Virus record (IMG/VR): IMGVR_UViG_3300010158_000004
Location: 1 to 60,292 of that record
Reading direction: 5' to 3' (one strand)
Length of the DNA stretch: 60,292 nucleotides
Origin: a virus
Taxonomy: Duplodnaviria > Caudoviricetes
Part shown: positions 54,730 to 60,292 of the stretch, in pieces
Layout: each line of letters starts with the position of its first letter
Position numbering within the stretch: position 1 is the stretch's first letter
Program-made: the position numbers and the translations under genes
The notes under the pieces: generated by a model
Databases searched by the model: none
Told to the model about the DNA's origin: nothing
The model's input: only the letters and a program-made list of their open reading frames with translations

Positions 54730-54927
54730 ATGTTTCAAAAAATAAAACAGTTGTTTCGTCAAAGAACACCTTTAGAGATGATCACCAAGGAACTAGCGTT
54801 TGCTCATCTCGAAAAGCTGGATGCAGAAACCGCCGTTGACTACGCGCAAAGTATTGTTGACTACAACACCGCACGCATTAACCGTTTAAACCAACACATC
54901 TTAAACTCACAGGAGAAATCAAAATGA
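54730..54927 (+). CDS. Conserved hypothetical protein
   Basis: AGGA RBS; TPLE...EL..A....L.AE...YA..IV.Y...RI.RL. Confidence 0.65.
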   Translation: MFQKIKQLFRQRTPLEMITKELAFAHLEKLDAETAVDYAQSIVDYNTARINRLNQHILNSQEKSK

Positions 54928-55301
54928 ACTGGAATATTTTTAAGCGCATCGCAGAACTTGAGGCTCGTGTCTCCAGCTTGACCCTAAGATCGCTTGAGTA
55001 TGCTGTAGCGATTGCGGATCTACAAGAAGAGCAGGCAGAGGATGAGAAAATCTTCAAAGCCACTGTTGATGCCATGAGTGCTGAAATAGCCAAAAAAGCC
55101 ACACTGGCTCAAGATGAAAAAAGGCAGCGTGTTTTGGAATCAAAGCGTAGGTACTATGAGCGCAACAAGGAGAAGCTGCTCAAACAGCGCAAGGAGAAGT
55201 ACCGCGAAGAACGGCGCAAAGAGAAAGGCCGCGAGTACGCCCGTCAGTACTACGCAAAGAAGAAGGCTGACATGCTCAATCAAAGCGCGTTGCCCGCATG
55301 A
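54924..55301 (+). CDS. Basic coiled-coil protein
   Basis: R.YYE.NKE / REYARQYY.KK repeats. Confidence 0.6.
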   Translation: MNWNIFKRIAELEARVSSLTLRSLEYAVAIADLQEEQAEDEKIFKATVDAMSAEIAKKATLAQDEKRQRVLESKRRYYERNKEKLLKQRKEKYREERRKEKGREYARQYYAKKKADMLNQSALPA

Positions 55302-55443
55302 AAGCAGTCTACGACCTCGCCATAAGGGGTCTGTCTGCACTAGGGATGTTTGCCGCAGTTATGTTCCTCTTGGGGTATACCTACGCGCAAACTCCCTTAG
55401 TTGAGAAGACCTGCACACCATCATTCATTGATCGGATTTTGAA

Positions 55444-55665
55444 ATGAAAGTAAAAGAACTAATTGAGAAACTGCAAATGTTTGACCCCGAGCTTATGGTG
55501 GTTCGACAAGGCTACGAAGGCGGTATGACTGAGGTGAAATACGCCACAAAAACGCTGCTTGCGCTTAACGTCCACGAAGAATGGTATTACGGGGAGCACG
55601 ATCAAGTGGAAGACACGACCGACTGGCCTGAACACGAACACACGCAAGCATTGGAGATTGAATGA
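55444..55665 (+). CDS. Hypothetical protein
   Basis: MKVKELIEKL..FDPE..V...GYEGG. Confidence 0.65.
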   Translation: MKVKELIEKLQMFDPELMVVRQGYEGGMTEVKYATKTLLALNVHEEWYYGEHDQVEDTTDWPEHEHTQALEIE

Positions 55666-55809
55666 CCTACGATGAGTTTAGGGCATACGTCCACCGCACG
55701 GAAATGTATGAAACCGTCTTTGTTGACAGCGAAGGCAGGGAGATTCTTGTCATCCGGCTGCTGGATGCGTACAGCTTGATGAATGATATTCAAAAACTGG
55801 AGAAACAAA

Positions 55810-55995
55810 ATGAAGCTTTATAACGTTCCACGTAATAAGAAAATTAAGCTAAGTGATGGCGTGGTTCTTATGTTCCACCGCCTTGATGGGATGTACAGTG
55901 TGTGTACAGACGAGAACGGCGACATATTCCACATCAGCGCAGACGAAGAGGTGGAAATGGTGAAGGACAAAGATGAAGACCATCATCCACGTTAA
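55810..55995 (+). CDS. Hypothetical protein
   Basis: MKLY.VPR...I, F..LDGMYS.C; GGAG RBS. Confidence 0.6.
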   Translation: MKLYNVPRNKKIKLSDGVVLMFHRLDGMYSVCTDENGDIFHISADEEVEMVKDKDEDHHPR

Positions 55996-56188
55996 CCAGC
56001 ACAACGTTAAAGCAAACGCCAAGGGGGCGGGGCTTCCCGTCCTCACGGTCAAGACATACAAATCAAACACCAAATGCAACGCAGTTGAGATACAGGGGCC
56101 TAGTAAGGTTGTGTATTCTCCCAACGACCCTCTATCCTGCGGTGCAAAAGTTTGGATTGAAACACAATCGGAGGTTACATGCGTGTAA
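55973..56188 (+). CDS. Conserved hypothetical protein
   Basis: IHVNQH..KAN, V.I.GPS.VVY....PLSCGAKVWIET. Confidence 0.65.
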   Translation: MKTIIHVNQHNVKANAKGAGLPVLTVKTYKSNTKCNAVEIQGPSKVVYSPNDPLSCGAKVWIETQSEVTCV

Positions 56189-56415
56189 ACAAAACTACAC
56201 CGCTCGGTGCATTTGCCAACACAATAGGTGATAAAGCATCAAAAAAGATGCGAACGGGAAATGTAACATTAGCTTTACATAAAGCCCCTGATGCACCATT
56301 AACAGTACCACCGCCGCAGATGAACCTATGGGAACGCCCCGTGTACGTACCAAACAATGACTACGTGCGCCCCGGAGCCAATGACCATCAACGCATCAAG
56401 AGCAGGGGGTTGTGA
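56179..56415 (+). CDS. Hypothetical protein
   Basis: C-terminal RPGA.D...I.SRG. Confidence 0.55.
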   Translation: MRVNKTTPLGAFANTIGDKASKKMRTGNVTLALHKAPDAPLTVPPPQMNLWERPVYVPNNDYVRPGANDHQRIKSRGL

Positions 56416-56663
56416 TGACCGGATACGCAAGCAAGCGCCAAGCGGCGTGGGACAAGTTTGCCGAACCTTGGAACGGGACTGGGCTGTGGCAAGAGATTGA
56501 AAGCGCGTCGTACACCATTGCAACATTACCTAAGCCCGTGGGCTACTGGGTGCTGTATGAAGGCGCACCAGTCAAAACAAAATTCGCCATGTACCACAAG
56601 CCAGCCCGTCATTTAATATTCAACACCGAGCAGCTACTTGGCTGGAAGTGGGAGGACGCATGA
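56412..56663 (+). CDS. Hypothetical protein
   Basis: Operon coupling; LLGWKWED end. Confidence 0.5.
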   Translation: MMTGYASKRQAAWDKFAEPWNGTGLWQEIESASYTIATLPKPVGYWVLYEGAPVKTKFAMYHKPARHLIFNTEQLLGWKWEDA

Positions 56664-56751
56664 CTTGGCCCTTCCCACCATACCCGAGGCCGGTGCCGAC
56701 CAAAGCACCGCCGCTTAAACCTAACCCCGACAACTATGAGGACGCATTGAT

Positions 56752-57258
56752 ATGAAGCACGAAAAAACATTTGCCGCAATTGAAAAACTCAAGGATGTTG
56801 AACTGGAACTGCACCGACTAAAAAACGCACTGGAGCTGGCAAACAAAGCCCTAGCACAGCCAGCGCAGGAGCCTGACCGACAGGCATTGCAAGCGAATGG
56901 AACACACCCAGCACCATGCGCTCGACATTGCGAAGCAACGGCTTTTAACATCGTAATACGGAATTTGAAGGCGCAGTTAGCACAGCCAGCGCAGAGTCCC
57001 AATTACACTGACTGTTTTAATGCAAAAAACTACTCGGCAGAAGAGCGCGAGCGGATGTGCCTAATTCTGCTGGCTGAGGCGCAGTACTGGGACGCCGCAA
57101 GGTACATCCGCCAGATGAATACGCATAAGCGCCCGTGGGTAGGGCTGACGGATGAGGAGGTGAAGCATATGCTTGAGTTGTTTGTCATTCCACCTCACCA
57201 CGTTGAAATGGTTGTTCAAGCCATTGAAGCCAAACTCAAGGAGAAGAACACATCATGA
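56752..57258 (+). CDS. Mosaic hypothetical protein (LAQPAQ repeats; WVGLTDEE...AIEAKLKEKN)
   Basis: Direct repeat CACAGCCAGCGCAG; common phage C-terminal motif. Confidence 0.6.
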   Translation: MKHEKTFAAIEKLKDVELELHRLKNALELANKALAQPAQEPDRQALQANGTHPAPCARHCEATAFNIVIRNLKAQLAQPAQSPNYTDCFNAKNYSAEERERMCLILLAEAQYWDAARYIRQMNTHKRPWVGLTDEEVKHMLELFVIPPHHVEMVVQAIEAKLKEKNTS

Positions 57259-57479
57259 ACGAACGAGACATGGAACTTGCAAAGCAAGTGTATGGAACTG
57301 CGGCAACCAAACAAGAGTTGCAATTCGCCGCCCTCATCCGTGCCGATGAGCGTGAGGCTTGTGCAAAGGTGTGTGAGCAATTCCAAAAAGATTATGTTTA
57401 CACAGCAGACCTTGCTGGCGCTGTTGCTGCAATCAAGCGCCGCATGGCTGACGCAATCCGAGCAAGGGGGAACACATGA
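57255..57479 (+). CDS. Hypothetical protein (EREACAKVCE...AIRARG)
   Basis: Common phage motif. Confidence 0.65.
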   Translation: MNERDMELAKQVYGTAATKQELQFAALIRADEREACAKVCEQFQKDYVYTADLAGAVAAIKRRMADAIRARGNT

Positions 57480-57715
57480 ACGACCAATACCTTGTACCCG
57501 ATGCCAAGCCGTGCCCATTCTGCGGTGATCGAGGGGTGACCGTAGTAGAAGGCGATACCTACCGATGGAGAGTGGCCGTCTGTAACTCCTGCGGGGCACA
57601 CGCGCCTGATGTGCGGTACTCCATCCTTGAAGGACAGACGCGAGAGCAGGCCTTTGATGACGCCAACAAACGAGCTATTGAAGCGTGGAATGACCGATGG
57701 GGAAATAATGTATAG
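57476..57715 (+). CDS. Lar-family restriction alleviation protein
   Basis: KPCPFCG...V.C.SCGA..P...AI.AWN.R. Confidence 0.75.
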   Translation: MNDQYLVPDAKPCPFCGDRGVTVVEGDTYRWRVAVCNSCGAHAPDVRYSILEGQTREQAFDDANKRAIEAWNDRWGNNV

Positions 57716-57968
57716 CTATAACAAACAGGTGCGGCAAGCACTACGTGACAACCCCGATGGCCTGACCGTGGCGCAGATAGTTGCTTTAATAGAGGCACCG
57801 GAGAACACCGTCAACCGATTGCTGCGCAACATGCCTGATGTTTACATCGACAGGTGGATATATCGCGGAACAAAGAAATACGTGAGCGCAATTTGGTGCG
57901 CTGTAGTGCCTCCTCCTGATTGCCCGAGGCCGGAAAGAGCGGGTAATTTGACACAAAAAGTGCCTTAA
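57708..57968 (+). CDS. HTH-like hypothetical protein
   Basis: PDGLTV..I, MPD.YIDRW, A.WC.V.PP..CP.P. Confidence 0.6.
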   Translation: MYSYNKQVRQALRDNPDGLTVAQIVALIEAPENTVNRLLRNMPDVYIDRWIYRGTKKYVSAIWCAVVPPPDCPRPERAGNLTQKVP

Positions 57969-58026
57969 AAGATGTGTAAGATGGCTTTGCAGCAAGCCCG
58001 CTGCAACTTATTTTTTGGAGAACCTT

Positions 58027-58329
58027 ATGTTTTTTACCGTAGCTGTTGACCTGCCCGAAGGCGGTTTTTTTGAGTATTCCACCGAGTCCATTCTGCAGTT
58101 CCTGCAAGCTGTGCAGATGTTTGGTAACACCGACATCCAAGAAGTTGAGGACGATGAGTTTGAGATTGGCGAAGATCTGGAGCACTACTTTGATGATGGC
58201 GAAGAGTACTTCTACGACGAAGACTCTGAGTGCTTCTGCTGGTACGATGAAGAGCACGATGCTTGGTACTGGCTGGACGAAGAGTCCGGCGAGTGGCTGC
58301 TCGTAGAAGAAGAGGCTGAAGAAGCCTAA
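58027..58329 (+). CDS. Highly acidic aromatic-rich protein (DNA-mimic candidate)
   Basis: 100 aa, about 35 D/E, no K/R; GGAG RBS; followed by a hairpin. Confidence 0.7.
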   Translation: MFFTVAVDLPEGGFFEYSTESILQFLQAVQMFGNTDIQEVEDDEFEIGEDLEHYFDDGEEYFYDEDSECFCWYDEEHDAWYWLDEESGEWLLVEEEAEEA

Positions 58330-58352
58330 TTTGGGTACTATCCTACCCAATA

Positions 58353-58383
58353 CGGGGGGGGCTTAGGCCCCCTTCTTCTTTTA
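58353..58383. terminator. Terminator between convergent genes
   Basis: GGGGC-TTAG-GCCCC hairpin followed by TTCTTCTTTT. Confidence 0.6.
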
Positions 58384-59331
58384 CAGGTCGCTAACGTCTA
58401 TCACTTCACCGCGAAACTGGATGTGACCCTCAGACCACTTGCTCACAATCTCAGGCCAAAGAAGCTTTCCGTCCTTGATGGTGCAGACAGCGAAGCCTGA
58501 GCGGTGGTTTAAGGGGTTACCCTCTGAGTAGGCAAACTGCGGGCCGTATGGCTCCGCCAAGGTTCCGGTGTCAACGCCAAACCTTGTTCCGTTGTAATCA
58601 TCAAAGGGGGTTACCTTTAGGCTGTGCAGGTGTCCGGTTGCAATGGACTTTCCAGCGCCAACGGTGTTGTTGTGGGCTGCATGAACGCCACCCTTATAGC
58701 GGTGCTTGGCTAGGAAGTCATCCGTAACCCAAGCCATCATGCAGAACTCCCAGTCATCGAAGTGATCGGAGAGTTTAAATCCGGGGGTTTGAAAATATTG
58801 CGGGGCGTTTGCTGCAAGGCGCATTTCAAACCTTGCATCGTGATTGCCCATTGTGTAAATGAGCTTCACGTTATGGCGGGCCTTCTTGGCCGCATCAGAG
58901 ATCTCTCCAAGCATTTCTTTGCAGGTGTTCAGTTCCTCAATCAAGCTTGGTGTACGATCCCATCCCAAAGGTGGATGGCGAGAGATAGATGCACCGTCAA
59001 AAGCATCGCCATTGCAAATAACTGCTTTTGGCTGTAGCTTTTCAATTGCATGCAGTAGGCCCTGAAAAGCAGTAGTCCGTATAGTAGGCCAGAAATGAGC
59101 GTCAGAAAAAATAATGACAGTTCCATTTTCAATTCCAAGTTCCAATTTAGGATTTGGCGGAGCCCAAGTGCGAACCTCTCTGTGGGAGCTAAGATCAATG
59201 TTGTGTTTCTTTTCAACGTTGGCTCTTCGGCGGTAGACGTTCCTTAAATTGACCCCCGTAATCTTAGAGATTTTTTCAGGTGACTTATGCGTGTTCCAAA
59301 GCTCAATAAACTCTTGATCGGAAACTACCAT
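58381..59331 (-). CDS. Calcineurin-like metallophosphoesterase with N-terminal HTH
   Basis: SDAH, NGD..D, GNHD, GHLH motifs. Confidence 0.88.
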   Translation of the reverse strand: MVVSDQEFIELWNTHKSPEKISKITGVNLRNVYRRRANVEKKHNIDLSSHREVRTWAPPNPKLELGIENGTVIIFSDAHFWPTIRTTAFQGLLHAIEKLQPKAVICNGDAFDGASISRHPPLGWDRTPSLIEELNTCKEMLGEISDAAKKARHNVKLIYTMGNHDARFEMRLAANAPQYFQTPGFKLSDHFDDWEFCMMAWVTDDFLAKHRYKGGVHAAHNNTVGAGKSIATGHLHSLKVTPFDDYNGTRFGVDTGTLAEPYGPQFAYSEGNPLNHRSGFAVCTIKDGKLLWPEIVSKWSEGHIQFRGEVIDVSDL

Positions 59332-59399
59332 AGGGGGCTCCTTATTTAAACCTTCTGAACATAACACACTTCTGTTACATCAATCAACGAGAGGAAAAA

Positions 59400-59579
59400 A
59401 TGGAATCAAAAAAAAGCGTACCCAACTTTGCCGCGTGGAGCAATCAGAACCTAGCCAACTTTGCGGTCGAGGCATACATTAAGATGGAGGAGCTTGCCTA
59501 TGACCTAGAGCAAGAGAGGCTTAACAGTAAAGCCGCGCTGGAGGCGGCACGTAAACTTATGAAGGAGAGCGACAAATGA
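59400..59579 (+). CDS. Hypothetical protein (59 aa; not in track)
   Basis: GAGGA RBS; PNFAAWS.QNLA.FA.EAY. Confidence 0.6.
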   Translation: MESKKSVPNFAAWSNQNLANFAVEAYIKMEELAYDLEQERLNSKAALEAARKLMKESDK

Positions 59580-59899
59580 ATGGAATCAATGAATCAGATT
59601 GGGTTGGCGTGCGCATGGTTTATCTGTTGCTGGCATACGATCCATCGGCGGCATCGCATCCCGAGGTCAAGCGGGCAATGGACTACTATGAGCACAAATA
59701 CGTTATACAGGATGAGAAGACCGGTACGCATCTCCCAAGCTACAACGGGATGTTTTGGCCGGAGGTGTTTGATCTGCTCCGCAAGGACAACGGCTGGCGC
59801 AACACCTTCAATGAAACTGGATCTGATTTAAACAGACGCCTTGCGAGCAGCGTAACAATCAACTACCAGACCGACGATGTATGGAGTAAAAAGATATGA
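59576..59899 (+). CDS. Hypothetical protein
   Basis: ATGA-coupled ORF, 107 aa. Confidence 0.55.
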   Translation: MNGINESDWVGVRMVYLLLAYDPSAASHPEVKRAMDYYEHKYVIQDEKTGTHLPSYNGMFWPEVFDLLRKDNGWRNTFNETGSDLNRRLASSVTINYQTDDVWSKKI

Positions 59900-60186
59900 G
59901 CGATCACAAACTACTTATGACACTTCTTTCTGATTCTTTGGAGAAGCTGCAGAATCTTCATCCGGAATCAAAGCAGCACTACCTGTCAATGATGCTCATG
60001 CTTACCGAGTCTTTTGTAAAGGACTCCGGCGCTAATTGTGTAATGTTGTACAGAAACAACGAACGTTTCTCCGTAGCCGCTGCGGGCGTTAATGAAGCGG
60101 AAACGGTTGAGATGATTCAAGAGGGGCTGGAGGGCGTCTTTGAAAGAGCGACCGCTGGTGCCCCGCCAAAAGAGATGTTCAATTGA
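59896..60186 (+). CDS. Hypothetical protein
   Basis: ATGA-coupled; ends APPKEMFN. Confidence 0.6.
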   Translation: MSDHKLLMTLLSDSLEKLQNLHPESKQHYLSMMLMLTESFVKDSGANCVMLYRNNERFSVAAAGVNEAETVEMIQEGLEGVFERATAGAPPKEMFN

Positions 60187-60292
60187 CTACCCTCGCAGAA
60201 AAGAAGCACATGTCCAAGGTCGCTGATCTTGGATGCTTAGTCTGCCGCAGGATGGGGCACTACGGTACCCCAGCAGAACTACACCACAAGCG

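Noticed and set aside
1-60292. Integrase/prophage, tRNAs, alternative genetic code
   Set aside because: No recombinase motifs or cloverleafs noticed; genes are intact under the standard code and all three stop codons are used

Overview
A complete, circularly assembled ~60.2 kb tailed-phage genome: bases 1-123 repeat at 60170-60292. The layout is podovirus-like. The minus strand (285-41628) carries the late module: TerS, LexA-like HTH, TerL, P22-like portal, GroES, scaffold, major capsid, small basic cargo-like proteins, tail tubular and nozzle proteins, fibres, holin, M15 endolysin and ejected internal proteins including a 2895-aa polyvalent protein. The plus strand (about 42050-60292 and 14-295) carries the early/replication module: SprT-like protein, MoxR/CobS AAA+ with vWA partner, Twinkle-like primase-helicase, PD-(D/E)XK exonuclease, Sak-like annealase, SSB-like, Lar-like and Ref-like proteins. 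I found no integrase, DNA polymerase, RNA polymerase, tRNA or CRISPR array. Most notable: (1) two small genes with their own RBS overprinted in the +1 frame of linkers between effector domains of the polyvalent protein; (2) a tandem cluster of structured small RNAs with a conserved scaffold and variable core, just downstream of an HNH nuclease; (3) at least 15 dispersed copies of the palindrome GTTTAAAC; (4) a DnaA-box/parS-half-site/sigma54 cluster at the strand switch; (5) a hydrophobic-x-x-G-G motif shared by about 10 virion-associated proteins. All family assignments come from motifs recognised by eye; no searches were run.
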